64,000 nt of DNA from an uncultured Planctomycetota bacterium (GCA_963823665.1 CAWGMQ010000010.1:864001-928000); one strand, 5' to 3'; positions 1 through 10,800 are shown, counted from the stretch's first letter. Numbers and translations are program-made. Notes: generated from the letters alone by a model not told the origin.

Positions 1-1
1 G

Positions 2-1168
2 AGGGTCGAGCCAGAATGCGGTCGTGGCACGTCCCTTGGCGAGCTTGCTCAGATCGATCGAGAACGAGGCTTTTGCGCCGAGATAGACCATGATCCATTC
101 GCCGCCTTCATGCCGCGCGGCCAGGTTGAGGATCTGGCCGCTGGTGATTCCTCCAGTGGCGAAGACGGACTGGTCCGGGACGAGGCGCCACCATTCTTTG
201 CGGTCGAGGAAGATCTTTCTCAGGAGGCCGAGTTGAACGGCGCCCGGGGCATCGAGGGCTTTTTTCCACGTCGGCAACACGCGCCAGCTATCGTTGTGGC
301 CGTAGGTGTGCGAGGCTCCGGCGAGGTAGGAATAATAAGCCTGCCGCCTGATCCAGAGCGGAGTGACGTCGAAGCCGTACTCGGTTCCGGCCTCGTAAGC
401 ACCTTCGGCCATCAAGACTGGTTTGGTGGGCTTGAGATTGTAGTCCTTGGTGATCATCGGATAGATCAGCTCGACACTCTTCCAGGTTTGCATCGAGTCG
501 AAGTCGAGCCATTCCTCGCCATGGATGAAGCTCGACGAATAGGGCGCGGGGTCGGGCTTGAACGTGATCAGATGGGCGCCGCCGTCGCCCTCACGGAGGC
601 CTGCGGCGAGCTCACGGAGAATCGGCACGAAGTCGGGCCTGGCCTCGGGCGTCATGGACCAGACGATTGTCGGCACGCTCTTGTATCGTTGTGCGATCCA
701 CTTCGCCCACGCTCGCGCGTTTTGAATGGTGATGTACTTGCGATAGCGTTGATGGAACATGGTCATGGAGATGACCACGTTCTGCTCCCGGGCGATCTGA
801 ACGACGGCATCGACGTTCTTGAAGTAGGCTTCGTTGGGCGTCAGGGGGTTGTTATTGATCCAAGGTTTTTCAAGGTGGATGTTGTTTTTTGCGCCGTCGC
901 CTACGCCCAAAAGCATGACCTGCACGAAGGCGAAGCCTTTCTCCTTGGATTTCTCGAGAATCGTCCTGGCGTCTTCGAGCGAATACTCGCGGAAGAGCTG
1001 CCACTGCGTGGAGCCGAGCCAGAAGACGGGAGCGCCCTTCTGGTCGATGAAGTATCTTCCGTTCTCACTTTTGCGGAGTGGATACACCGGCTCCGCGGCG
1101 CGGGAGGCCACGGGCAGAAGCAGGGCGAGTGTCGCCGTGAGTGCGATCCGAGTGGTTGTCGTTCTCAT
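2..1168 (-). CDS. Secreted DUF4038 (GH140/apiosidase-like) glycoside hydrolase with C-terminal putative collagen-binding domain; runs off the left edge
   Basis: Manual translation from ATG 1168: signal peptide MRTTTTRIALTATLALLLPVASRA, then YPLRKSENGRYFIDQKGAPVFWLGSTQW. The same frame at the edge reads WIMVYL...AFWLDP. Missing from the ORF track because there is no stop in the window. Confidence 0.8.
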   Translation of the reverse strand, partial: MRTTTTRIALTATLALLLPVASRAAEPVYPLRKSENGRYFIDQKGAPVFWLGSTQWQLFREYSLEDARTILEKSKEKGFAFVQVMLLGVGDGAKNNIHLEKPWINNNPLTPNEAYFKNVDAVVQIAREQNVVISMTMFHQRYRKYITIQNARAWAKWIAQRYKSVPTIVWSMTPEARPDFVPILRELAAGLREGDGGAHLITFKPDPAPYSSSFIHGEEWLDFDSMQTWKSVELIYPMITKDYNLKPTKPVLMAEGAYEAGTEYGFDVTPLWIRRQAYYSYLAGASHTYGHNDSWRVLPTWKKALDAPGAVQLGLLRKIFLDRKEWWRLVPDQSVFATGGITSGQILNLAARHEGGEWIMVYLGAKASFSIDLSKLAKGRATTAFWLDP

Positions 1169-1392
1169 CGTGGGCTCGCTGGAATAGAAACAGGGCTTCG
1201 CGTCGATGTGCCGCGCGTGAATTGTAATTCGGAGATTCCGCCAGCGGAATCGGCCAGATTGACTACTCTTGGTGATTTCGCGCCGGGCGATCACATGAAC
1301 GTAATCGTGGAGGTTGTTGCTGCGCGGCGCCGGCCGCGGTAAGTTGAGGGCACGGGATGGGTCGCCCGCAACATTCAAACGGAGGGAAAGTC

Positions 1393-2790
1393 ATGCACGG
1401 CTTCACGCACGTCCAGAGCGAGCTGAGCCGGCGTTCGTTGATCGGGGGCGGAGCGGCGGCGGCCTTCTCGGCCGCGGCGTACCGCCGCGTCCTCGGAGCC
1501 AACGAGCGAGTGGGCCTGGGCTTCATCGGGTTCGGCTTGATCGGCAAGCGGCACGTCCTTGACTTCAAGGACCGGCCAGACGCGGAGGTCGTGGCCATTG
1601 CGGAGGCGCATCGCGGCCGCTGCAATGAAGGAGTGGCGCTCGCCGGCGGCAGTGCGCGCGGCTACGCCGACTTTCGCGCTCTGCTCGACGACCGCCGGGT
1701 GAGCGCAGTGGTCGTGTCGACGCCGGATCACTGGCATGCGCTCATGACGATGCTGGCGTGCGCAGCCGGCAAGGACGTGTACGTCGAGAAACCGCTCTCG
1801 CTCTTTCCCCGCGAGGGGCGGTGGATGGTCGAGGTGGCGCAGCGGCACAAACGGGTGGTGCAGGTTGGCACGCAGCAACGGTCCGGTCCTCATTATCAGA
1901 AAGCTCGCGAGCTCCTGAGGGCCGGTCAGATCGGCAAGGTCGTGGCGGTGCGGATGTGGAGTTACCGGAATGTGATGCCGGGCTTCGGCTCGCCGGCGGA
2001 CGGGCCTCCGCCCGCGGAGATCGACTACGACATGTGGCTGGGGCCGGCCCCCAAGCGGCCGTACAACGCCAATCGATCGCTTTATCACTTTCGCTGGTTC
2101 TGGGACTACTCCGGCGGGCAGATGACGAATCTTGGGCAGCACTCGCTCGACATCGCGCACTGGTTTCTGGATGCTCTTGCGCCCAGGGCGGTCACGAGCG
2201 CCGGCGGGCGGTTCGCGCTCGAGGACAACGGGGAGACTCCGGACACACAGGACGTGATATTCGAATATCCTGGGTGGAATGCTACCTGGTCGCACCGCGA
2301 GTGCAGCAAGGGAGCCGACCCGGCGATTGGGCTCGAGTTCTGCGGTACCAAGGGCAGCTTGAAGATTTCGCGCCGGGGATTTGTGGTGACGACCGACCCG
2401 AAGTTCGTCGCCAGTGAGATGCTGCCGCGATTTGGCGCCGCTCATCCCGTCGGCGGGCCGGTGACCTCAGCCCGGCGGGGGGCGCCTGCGAGTGGGATCG
2501 CGCCGATGGAGGATCGATCCGGTGACGAATTCGATCAGTTCAAGCGGCACGCTGCGAACTTTCTCGATTGCGTGAAGACCCGGCGTCAGCCGATTTCGGA
2601 CCTTGAGGGGGCTCATCGTGTCGCCACCGCCTGCCAGCTTGCGAACCTGTCGCTGCGGCTGGGCCGCAAGCTCCGGTGGGATGGCGACCGCGAGGCGGTG
2701 CTCGATGACGCTGAAGCCCAGGCCCTGCTCGAGCGGCCCTATCGATCGCCGCGGGACGCCGAGCTCAAAGCCGTGACGGGAAAGGGGTGA
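1393..2790 (+). CDS. Tat-exported Gfo/Idh/MocA family oxidoreductase
   Basis: SRRSLIGG Tat motif, IGFGLIG Rossmann motif, STPDHWH, VYVEKP, VQVGTQQRS; GGAGGG RBS at 1381. Confidence 0.92.
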   Translation: MHGFTHVQSELSRRSLIGGGAAAAFSAAAYRRVLGANERVGLGFIGFGLIGKRHVLDFKDRPDAEVVAIAEAHRGRCNEGVALAGGSARGYADFRALLDDRRVSAVVVSTPDHWHALMTMLACAAGKDVYVEKPLSLFPREGRWMVEVAQRHKRVVQVGTQQRSGPHYQKARELLRAGQIGKVVAVRMWSYRNVMPGFGSPADGPPPAEIDYDMWLGPAPKRPYNANRSLYHFRWFWDYSGGQMTNLGQHSLDIAHWFLDALAPRAVTSAGGRFALEDNGETPDTQDVIFEYPGWNATWSHRECSKGADPAIGLEFCGTKGSLKISRRGFVVTTDPKFVASEMLPRFGAAHPVGGPVTSARRGAPASGIAPMEDRSGDEFDQFKRHAANFLDCVKTRRQPISDLEGAHRVATACQLANLSLRLGRKLRWDGDREAVLDDAEAQALLERPYRSPRDAELKAVTGKG

Positions 2791-2793
2791 TCG

Positions 2794-3856
2794 ATGCGAA
2801 TGACCAGACGTTCCATGCTGGGCGCGCTCGCGGGAACGGTATCGTCCGCAAGCGCAGCGGTATTCGGTGCCCGACCTGGTGCCGGAGTCGCTCGGTCTCG
2901 TGATTCACAGCTTTCCTGTCCGGACAGCCGGTGATCGCGGCCGCCCGAGCGGAGACCGCTTCTCAGCCCCCGGGCGGTTTCTCGAATTTGCGCACGAGCT
3001 CGGCGCGGCAGGGGTGCAAGTCGCCTTCGGCGTGCTCGGGGATGCCGCGGCTGATGCTCTTCAAAAGCGGGCGCGAGCCGCGACGATGTATCTGGAAGGC
3101 ATCGTCCCGCTCCCTCGCGACCAGGGGGATGTGGAACGATTTGAGGCCGAGATTCGTACCGCGAAGCGAGTCGGCGCTGAAGTCGTGCGGACGGTGATGC
3201 TTTCCGGAAGGAGGTACGAGACATTTGGCAGCATCGCCGAGTTCAGGCGGTTCGCCGAAACATCGACCCGCTCACTCAAAGCTGCTGCTGACGTGGTGGC
3301 GCGGCACGGCGTTCGGCTGGCTGTCGAGAATCACAAGGATTGGCGTGCGGACGAGCTGCTGCGCATCTTGAATCAAGTGGGCAACGACCATGTCGGCGTT
3401 TGCCTCGACACGGGCAACAGCATCGCGCTTCTGGAAGACCCGATGGAGGTTGTCGAAGCGCTTGCCCCGCGGGCGTTCACGACCCATTTCAAGGACATGG
3501 CGCTCGAAGAATACAAAGACGGGTTCCTGCTCTCGGAGGTTCCGCTGGGCACGGGCGTGCTTGACCTGCCGCGCGTGGTTCGGCTTGTGCGGGCCGCCCG
3601 GCCGGAGATCCGGCTGAATCTGGAGATGATCACCCGCGACCCGCTCAAAGTGCCTTGTCTGCAGGGGGGCTACTGGGCAACGTTCCCCGATTTGCCCGGC
3701 AAAGAAGTGGCCCGAGCGCTGTCCTTCGTCCGGAGCCACCCTCCGGCGCGCCCTTTGCCTCGCATCGGTCAACTGCCGCGCGATGAGCAGCTTCGAGCGG
3801 AGGATGATAACGTTCGCCGCTGCCTTGCCTTTGCACGCGATCGACTGGTTTTCTAG
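2794..3856 (+). CDS. Tat-exported sugar phosphate isomerase/epimerase (xylose-isomerase-like TIM barrel); +1 frameshift near 2871
   Basis: MRMTRRSMLGALAG Tat leader lies in a different frame from the body (AVENHKD, LDTGN, THFKD, LEMIT). Removing one C from GCCC near 2871 joins them. Confidence 0.85.
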
Positions 3857-3962
3857 ATAAGAAACGCGGCGATCGACACGATCAGTCTGGCGTGCGTACC
3901 GGCGGGAGCTTGACTCGAGCGGTCGAAACAGTCAACTTGAATGGCCACCAAGGAGAACAATC

Positions 3963-4460
3963 ATGCCCAGACCTCGCGTTTACTTCGACATCACGATCGA
4001 CGGGAAGCCCGCCGGCCGCATCACGTTCGAGCTGTACAATGACGTGGTTCCCGTGACGGCAGAGAACTTCCGCGCTCTGTGCACGCACGAGAAAGGGTTC
4101 GGCTACAAGGGATCTTCGTTCCACCGCGTCATTCCCCGTTTCATGATTCAGGGCGGAGACTTCACGAACCACAACGGCACCGGAGGCAAGTCCATCTATG
4201 GCAACAAATTCAAAGATGAGAATTTCAACTTGAAGCATAGCAAGGAGTTTCTGCTCTCGATGGCCAATGCCGGCCCGAACACGAACGGCTCGCAGTTCTT
4301 CATCACGACGGTGCAAACGCCGTGGCTCGACGGCAAGCACGTGGTCTTCGGAGAGGTGACCGACGGCTCAGACCTGGTGAAGAAGATCGAGGGCCTCGGG
4401 TCAAGCAGCGGTGCACCGCAAGGCAAAATCGTGATCGAGGCCTGCGGCGAGATTGCGTAA
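3963..4460 (+). CDS. ppiA: Cyclophilin-type peptidyl-prolyl isomerase (CypA-like)
   Basis: [53 protein letters not shown]. Confidence 0.95.
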   Translation: MPRPRVYFDITIDGKPAGRITFELYNDVVPVTAENFRALCTHEKGFGYKGSSFHRVIPRFMIQGGDFTNHNGTGGKSIYGNKFKDENFNLKHSKEFLLSMANAGPNTNGSQFFITTVQTPWLDGKHVVFGEVTDGSDLVKKIEGLGSSSGAPQGKIVIEACGEIA

Positions 4461-4669
4461 GAGGCGAAGAACGGAATCTCACCGAGCAGGGCTGCCTCGC
4501 TCTGCGGGGACTCGAGCGGCTGGGCCTGGGTCGTCGCTCCAGGCGATCCAGCAGAGCCAGATGTTACCGGCGACGAGAGCCGCGAGGACGAGGATTCCAA
4601 TTGCGCGAATCCACGGGCTCTGCCAGTTCACTCTGTTGTCGTCGGTCGATCTGGCCGCCAGCCGTTCGA

Positions 4670-5221
4670 CTAACGAGCGGTAATTCTGCTCGTCGCCGCC
4701 GGGCGCGCCGCAGCGTCGCCCGAATCACCTACCGCTCGTCCGTCGAGCAAGACGACTTCTGGTTTCCAGTTAGGGTCCGGCGGCTGTGGGGGCCGGATGT
4801 TGGGTGGAATCTCATCGTGGAGGACCAGGTCCGCTTGCCACTCTGGATCGGGCGGCGGAGCAGGCCCGCCGTCTCGGCCGACGTCTGCCGTGAGGATCAG
4901 GTCCGCCTGCCAGTTCAAGTCCGGCGGGGCGTCAAGGCGCTGGCTCCGATCTCGCGCAGGCGCAGCGCCTTGACGTGGTTGTTCGGCCGGAGCCGGCCGT
5001 TTCGGCGTGTGCGTCCTCGCTGCGAAACGAGTGTGATTCTGCTTGCTCGGGCCTGGAGGAAGGTCGTTCAGGAGTTGCTTGTACGCAGCGCAGAAGTTGA
5101 TGAACTCCAGCTCGTCGCCGCCGCGATCCGGATGCGCGAGCCGGACCTTGGCCCGGAAAGCAGCCTTGACCTCCTCGCGAGTGCAGCCTCTGCCGACTCC
5201 CAGAGTGCGATACGGATCCAT
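4670..5221 (-). CDS. J-domain (DnaJ-like, class C) protein with three C-terminal Pro/Trp repeats
   Basis: DPYRTLGV...VKAAFR...AHPDRGG...INFCAAY (HPD motif), followed by a low-complexity tail with PPDxxW repeats. Confidence 0.8.
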   Translation of the reverse strand: MDPYRTLGVGRGCTREEVKAAFRAKVRLAHPDRGGDELEFINFCAAYKQLLNDLPPGPSKQNHTRFAARTHTPKRPAPAEQPRQGAAPARDRSQRLDAPPDLNWQADLILTADVGRDGGPAPPPDPEWQADLVLHDEIPPNIRPPQPPDPNWKPEVVLLDGRAVGDSGDAAARPAATSRITAR

Positions 5222-5523
5222 GATTCACCCGATCCCCCTCTCGGTCGATTATCACGTTCGCGATCGAGCATCGCAAGCTCGCTTGATAGCGTAGGGACGA
5301 TCCTTGACGGCCCGGCCTTCTGCGGAACTATCGGTTCAACCGCGTGTCATGCGCTTGCGATCACGTTGTGTGGAATTCGCGGGGAGTGCGCACTTCTATC
5401 CACCCGCGGCCGCAAGTAAGGTAGAGAGTGGTTCGCCGGGCTTCGAGTGCTTCGAGATCGCTCGAGTCGTAGCGAGGCCCATGGCTCGTTCGAACTGTGC
5501 GGAGTGCAAAGAAGGGTGACGTC

Positions 5524-6303
5524 ATGGCAACCGGGGCGGAGGAACCTACACGGGGACAGGTCGCGCGCACGATGGCCGGTGCGGAAGGGGTCGAAATCAA
5601 GGCCACCATCCCCGAAACGCAAATCGACGCGGTGATTGAGCTATATGGTCTCAAGCTCGTTGGGAACGAACGGTTCATCTACTTCTTTGACACGCCTGAC
5701 CTCGACCTGTTCGAGGCCGGAATCATTGCCCGTGCGCGGCGCATCGTGGGCTCGGAGCACGACAGCACGATCAAGTTCCGCCCGGTTGATCCCGAAGCGG
5801 TGCCTGCCTTGTGGCGCAAGAAGAGCGGTTTCAAGATCGAGGCCGACGCGAGCCATAAAGGCGTTGTGAAGTCGGCTTCACTCACAATGCCCGTGCGGAA
5901 GGGGCTGATCAAGCGCGTGGCCGCCGGAAAGGATCCAGTCGCGAGCCTGTTCGCCGAAGAGCAGCTTCTCTTTCTGCTCTCCATGGCGAATCAGAAGATT
6001 GATTACCCCAGGATCGTGGTGATGGGCCCGACGCAGACCTGGCGATGGAAGTACGCCGACCCGGCTTTGCCGTGGCCGCTTACGGGCGAACTATGGCAGC
6101 GCGCGGATGGCGCCCGATTGTTCGAAGCATCCATCAAGGTGCCGGCGGTGCAGGCCGCGGCTGCGACCGCTGGTTTCATGGCCTTTCTTGCCGAGGTTGG
6201 GGCTGAGCGTGATGACGGACAGCAGGCCAAGACCCGGTGGGCTCTGTCGCATGCCGCCGAGCAGCCTCGTGAGAACAAGACGGTGGTCTTGCCTGGTGAA
6301 TAA
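5524..6303 (+). CDS. CYTH-like (triphosphate tunnel metalloenzyme / adenylate cyclase-like) protein
   Basis: N-terminal VEIK, YFFDTPDLDL, ARAR, TIKFR, ELW, EASIK and C-terminal KTR are typical of the CYTH fold. Confidence 0.7.
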   Translation: MATGAEEPTRGQVARTMAGAEGVEIKATIPETQIDAVIELYGLKLVGNERFIYFFDTPDLDLFEAGIIARARRIVGSEHDSTIKFRPVDPEAVPALWRKKSGFKIEADASHKGVVKSASLTMPVRKGLIKRVAAGKDPVASLFAEEQLLFLLSMANQKIDYPRIVVMGPTQTWRWKYADPALPWPLTGELWQRADGARLFEASIKVPAVQAAAATAGFMAFLAEVGAERDDGQQAKTRWALSHAAEQPRENKTVVLPGE

Positions 6304-6325
6304 CCCGGAAAGCGCTCGGCTCTCA

Positions 6326-7863
6326 TCACGCGTGAGCACGCTGCGCGAAGCGGCCGCCGAATCGCTCGAGCAAGAGGCCGTGGCGCAAACCCCGGTCACT
6401 CACCGTGAGCGACGAGCAGTTGAGCTTGTCCAGAATCGTTCGCACGATGCATAGCCCGGCGAGGATGACCTCGGCACGCTTGGGCTGAAGCCCCACGACC
6501 TGGCGTCGTGATTCGGTGGGAAGCTTGCGATATTGCTCGATCTGGCGCTCGATTTCGGCGCGTGCGATCACCGAGCCCTGGATGACGTCGGGAACGTACG
6601 TCGAGAGACCATGCATCACGGCGGCGATATTGGTGACTGCACCTCCCATTCCGACCAGAGCGTCGGGCGCACGGGCGCCGTCAAGCGAATGCAGATCCGC
6701 GGCAATCGCGCCCTGCGCTTGCTGCAATACGTCCGGCGATACCGCCTGATCCAGCCCGAATCGCTCGGTATAGCGCACAGCGCCCACGTTCACGCTGAAC
6801 TGACGGTCGATCTGATTTCCGTGTCCGAACGTGAATTGAGAGCTGCCGCCGCCGGAATCGAAGATAACGAGTGCGCCATCCGCCAGTCCGATCCCGGACC
6901 GGACAGCGAGGTAGGCGAGGCGGGCTTCTTCCTCTCCGGAAATGACCTCGATCGCGACCCCGCAACGATCCTTGACCAGCTCCAGGAACGCCCGGCTATT
7001 CGCGGCCGTACGCAGCCCCATCGTGCCCACGGCCGTGATCCCGGCAGCCGCGCTCCTGGAGCGCTTCATCTTTCATCGCGGCGATCGCTGTGGCGGTTCG
7101 GTCCATTGCCTCCGGAGCGATCGCGCCGGTTTGTTCAATTCCTTCCCCGAGCCGGGTCACTTCGGCCCGGTCGAGCACAGTCGACCAGATTCCCTCGGTG
7201 TTTCGCTCGCCGATGTGGAACTTGACCGAGTTGGTTCCCACGTCAATCACGGCGCGACGAATCGGCGGGTTGGTCCGGCCGGAGAGACCGATCGCCATCT
7301 TCAGTCCGCGCGGGTAACTCGTGTTCTCGTAGCCGTCGAGCTCCATCGCGCGCACCGCCGCGATCACTTTGGCCGCGTCAGCGTCCTCGATCGCGATGGT
7401 CCGTATTTCATTTCCATCGGCGACGACTTCGGTGATCTCGGACGTGCACCCGTGCACGTCGTAGCGCGTACGAGTCTTGCGGACGCTCGCGATGCGAATG
7501 GCCCCGCCAGGAGGAGCGATCCCGGCGAGGAATTGCTCGAGCGAGACGCCCTCGGGTGTCCCGGTAGCCTCCGGCAGCGCGAGGGCCTTCCTGACGGACG
7601 CGATCGCCGATGCACCGAGCGGGAATCGCTCCTTGATGACCGGCCGCCACTGTTCCAGGCCGTTCGAATCAACGCGTTCGAGGAGCTTGATATCGAGGAG
7701 CCCGTCGCGGATCTTCACGTTGGCGTCGGAATTCGCAGCGAGGAGATAGATCTCCTGCGCTCTGCTGAGTCTTTTCCGCTGTGATGGCCGCGAACCTGGC
7801 CTCGGCAGCGCCGAAGCGCTGGCCGAAAGTTCGCCATTCCCAACGAGGCACGATAGTTTCCAT
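6326..7863 (-). CDS. Ppx/GppA exopolyphosphatase with an N-terminal CYTH-like domain; frameshifts near 7780 and 7060
   Basis: Three overlapping ORF pieces join: METIVPRWEWRTFG / EIYLL...NVKIRDGLLDIK...VIDVGTNSVK...TRLGEG / GTMGLR...ISGEEEARL...DSGGGSSQ...GLRHG. Confidence 0.85.
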
Positions 7864-8157
7864 GAGTCTCGTCTCCTTGCGGCCTGTAGCGAGGGTTTCA
7901 CTGGTCTTGGTTGTTCCCCGAACCGTCCGTGCAACCAATTTTACCGGATATCGGATCGGAGCCGCCATTCTGGCGGTGCCAGGCCCGCGTGCGAGGAAGC
8001 TCAAGCGAAACTCAATCACCGAATTCGGTAGGTCACCCCTTCCGCTGGCGCAATCGGACACGTACGATGTTCGTTCTGTTCCCTTCGGGATTCAGTCTGA
8101 ATCCGTGACGCGGGCTCCCGCGTCGGAAAACTACGGTCGACCATGCGAGGCGGTCTC

Positions 8158-8916
8158 ATGAAGCGATTCCTTGGTGCGGTGCTAACGGTATCGGTAGTTT
8201 GCGCGATGAGCGGCTGGAGCCGCGCGGACGAAAAGGAAGCAACGGCGATCCTCGACAAGGCCATCAAGGCCATGGGCGGCGAGGAGAAGCTGAGCAAGAT
8301 CAAGTGCTTCACGGTGAAGTCAAAAGGGACTCTCACCATCATGGGTAATGACAGCGATTTCACCACGAGCGCGACCCACGAAGGCCTCGATCGCCTCCGG
8401 TCGGAATTCAACGGTAAGTTCGGCGACAATGACTTCAAGGCGGTGGCGGTTGTAGACGGCGACAAGGGGTGGAGCAAGTTCGGTGATATGGATATGGAAA
8501 TGGACGCGAAACGGCTCAAGGATGAAAAGCGCCGCAACTACTTGAGCCTGGTTTCCTCGTTCGTCATCTTCGCCAAAGGGAAGGGCTTCAAGCTTGAGAC
8601 TGCGGGCGAGGAAAAGGTCGGCGACAAGCCGGCGGCGGTTTTGAAGGTGACGGGGCCGGACGGGCAGGATTTCAAGCTTTTCTTCGACAAGGAAAGCGGC
8701 TTGCTCGTCAAACAAGTGGCCACCGTGCCTGAATTCGGCCCGGAGGGGGAATTCACGCAGGAGTCGATGTATAGCGACTATAAAGACTTCGACGGCATCA
8801 AGAGAGCCACGAAGCTCGAACTGCGGCGGGACGGCGAGAAATTCCTGTCGTCTGAGCTTGTCGAATTCAAGGTCCTCGACAAGGTCGAGCCCGACACCTT
8901 CACCCAGCCGAAGTAA
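8158..8916 (+). CDS. Secreted hypothetical protein (LolA/DUF620-like beta fold possible)
   Basis: Signal peptide ending SRA-D; ILDKAIKAMGG, LFFDKESGLLVK, YSDYKDFDGIK; GAGG RBS. Confidence 0.75.
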   Translation: MKRFLGAVLTVSVVCAMSGWSRADEKEATAILDKAIKAMGGEEKLSKIKCFTVKSKGTLTIMGNDSDFTTSATHEGLDRLRSEFNGKFGDNDFKAVAVVDGDKGWSKFGDMDMEMDAKRLKDEKRRNYLSLVSSFVIFAKGKGFKLETAGEEKVGDKPAAVLKVTGPDGQDFKLFFDKESGLLVKQVATVPEFGPEGEFTQESMYSDYKDFDGIKRATKLELRRDGEKFLSSELVEFKVLDKVEPDTFTQPK

Positions 8917-8922
8917 AACGCG

Positions 8923-10287
8923 TTACTGTTTGGGCGGGAGAAGCTTCGCCACCGCGGCCGTCATCGCGCGGATTCCGGTGGTGATGCTCGGCCCGGGATC
9001 CGGATAGTATTTCGACGAATGCAATGGCGGCATGGTCTGTCCCTTGGCGGTCGCCGCGGCGATGCGATCGGGGTGGACCGTGCCCAGCCAGAACATGCAA
9101 ATCGGAACGTTTCCTTCGCTGAACAGGCCGAAATCTTCCGCGCCCATGACCGGCTTGGCCGGACCGACACTGGCCGCGCCGAGTGCCTCAACGAGCGCGG
9201 GCACGACGCGAGTGACCAGCTCGGGCGTGTTGACGGTCGGCGGCGTGCTCTCTTCCACTTCGACCGTCGGCTCGGGCGCCTGGTGCGCTTGAGCGATCCC
9301 GGCAACGCGCCGCTTGATGGATTCGATGAGCTGCAACCGAACCGGCTCGCTGAAGGTACGCAGCGTGAGCTGGAGCTTCACCTCGTCCGGGATGATGTTG
9401 TGCTTGGTTCCGCCGTGAATCGACCCCACGGTGACGACCGCCGGCTCTCCCGGCTCGATCTCCCTGCTCACGATCGTCTGGAGATCGACGACAACAAGTG
9501 CGGCCAGGACGATCGGGTCGACCGTGCGGTGGGGCCAGGCGCCGTGGCCTCCTTTGCCGCGCACGGTGATCGTGAGCGAAGTCGAGCTCGCGAGCGTGGG
9601 GCCGGAGCAGTACCGGACCGTGCCGATGGGCTCGTCGGGGCGGCAGTGGAGCGCAAGCGCGAAATCAGGCTTCGGAAAGCGGGTGTACAGACCATCCCTG
9701 AGCATGTTGCGGGCGCCGTCGACAGCCTCTTCGGCTGGTTGGGCGACCAGGAGCACGGTGCCCGACCAGCGGTCGCGATGGTCGGCTAGCCAGCGCGCGG
9801 TTCCGATGAAGCTTGTCATGTGAACGTCGTGGCCGCAGGCGTGCATCACGCCCACGTCGCGGCCGGCCTTGTCGCGGGTCTTGACGGCGCTCGCATAGGC
9901 GAGCCCGGTCTCCTCGACAACGGGCAACGCGTCCATGTCGGTGCGGACCAAGACGACCGGGCCAACACCATTCTTGAGGATGCCCACGACCCCGTACCCG
10001 CCCACGTTCGGGGTGACGCTCGCGCCGGCTTTCTCCAGCTCGAGCGCGACTCGCTTCGACGTCTCGACCTCGACGCGCGACAGCTCGGGATGGGTGTGAA
10101 AATGGGTGTAGAGTTTCAGAAGCTCGTCGAGATGCTGGGCGATCCAGGGATCAGATGCCGCAGGCGCTGGATCTTGCCCGCTCGCCTCTCCGGCGCGGAC
10201 GGCCGCCGGAAGCGGTCCAACAGCCAGAGCAAGCAGACCGACAACCACGCCGGACCAGGAACATGAAGCAATCGGTGCGCGCATCAT
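8923..10287 (-). CDS. Secreted M20 family amidohydrolase (HipO-like)
   Basis: HTHPELS, RTDMDALP, MHACGHDVH, QPAEE, GKGGHGA, GAEDF. Confidence 0.93.
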   Translation of the reverse strand: MMRAPIASCSWSGVVVGLLALAVGPLPAAVRAGEASGQDPAPAASDPWIAQHLDELLKLYTHFHTHPELSRVEVETSKRVALELEKAGASVTPNVGGYGVVGILKNGVGPVVLVRTDMDALPVVEETGLAYASAVKTRDKAGRDVGVMHACGHDVHMTSFIGTARWLADHRDRWSGTVLLVAQPAEEAVDGARNMLRDGLYTRFPKPDFALALHCRPDEPIGTVRYCSGPTLASSTSLTITVRGKGGHGAWPHRTVDPIVLAALVVVDLQTIVSREIEPGEPAVVTVGSIHGGTKHNIIPDEVKLQLTLRTFSEPVRLQLIESIKRRVAGIAQAHQAPEPTVEVEESTPPTVNTPELVTRVVPALVEALGAASVGPAKPVMGAEDFGLFSEGNVPICMFWLGTVHPDRIAAATAKGQTMPPLHSSKYYPDPGPSITTGIRAMTAAVAKLLPPKQ

Positions 10288-10332
10288 TCAATTACGCCTC
10301 CCAGGCGGCTGGATCGTGGGCGGTTGCACTGA

Positions 10333-10653
10333 TCAATCAAATCCCATTTGCTTCTGATACGCCATCGCCTTGGCGTGCTCGGCTTCGGGGATCCGCCCAC
10401 AGCGTTGATAAATGACCGAAAGTGCGGTGAAGCTGAACGCATCATCGGGCTCGAGCTCGGCGACCTTGAGCGCGTGCGCGATGGCTTCTTCCGCATTAGC
10501 GAGGTCGGCATAGAGCTTGGCCAGCATGCCGTGGCCGATGGCAAACCCAGGGTCGAGTGCGACCGCTTCCTCGAGCTTGGCGACCGCGGCTTCCTTGTTT
10601 CCCTGGTCGCGAAGGTCGGCGGCCTGGTCATAAAGTTCGTTCGGGGTCGGCAT
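10333..10653 (-). CDS. Small TPR protein
   Basis: Two TPR-like units (AVAKLEEAVALDP, AIAHALKVAELEP). Confidence 0.85.
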   Translation of the reverse strand: MPTPNELYDQAADLRDQGNKEAAVAKLEEAVALDPGFAIGHGMLAKLYADLANAEEAIAHALKVAELEPDDAFSFTALSVIYQRCGRIPEAEHAKAMAYQKQMGFD

Positions 10654-10784
10654 GTCTGCGATTCCTGTCCCGTAGTTCGTCGTGGAGAACCCGAATCATT
10701 CTAAGGCGTTCCGCGGCCCGTTTGCCAGACCCGGCCCGGCCAGGGACGGATCAGCCGCGCGGGCCGCCGCGCCGAGGAATCGCC

Positions 10785-10800
10785 TGGCATGCCCTTTGCG
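10785..10800 (+). promoter_or_regulatory. Putative sigma-54 (-24/-12) promoter
   Basis: TGGCATG-CCCT-TTGCG matches TGGCACG-N4-TTGC, about 100 bp upstream of the 10904 operon. Confidence 0.55.

Noticed and set aside
110..1342. 410-aa plus-strand ORF, and many similar long overlapping ORFs across the window
   Set aside because: Antisense shadows of real genes in high-GC DNA; the minus-strand frame has a signal peptide and family motifs.
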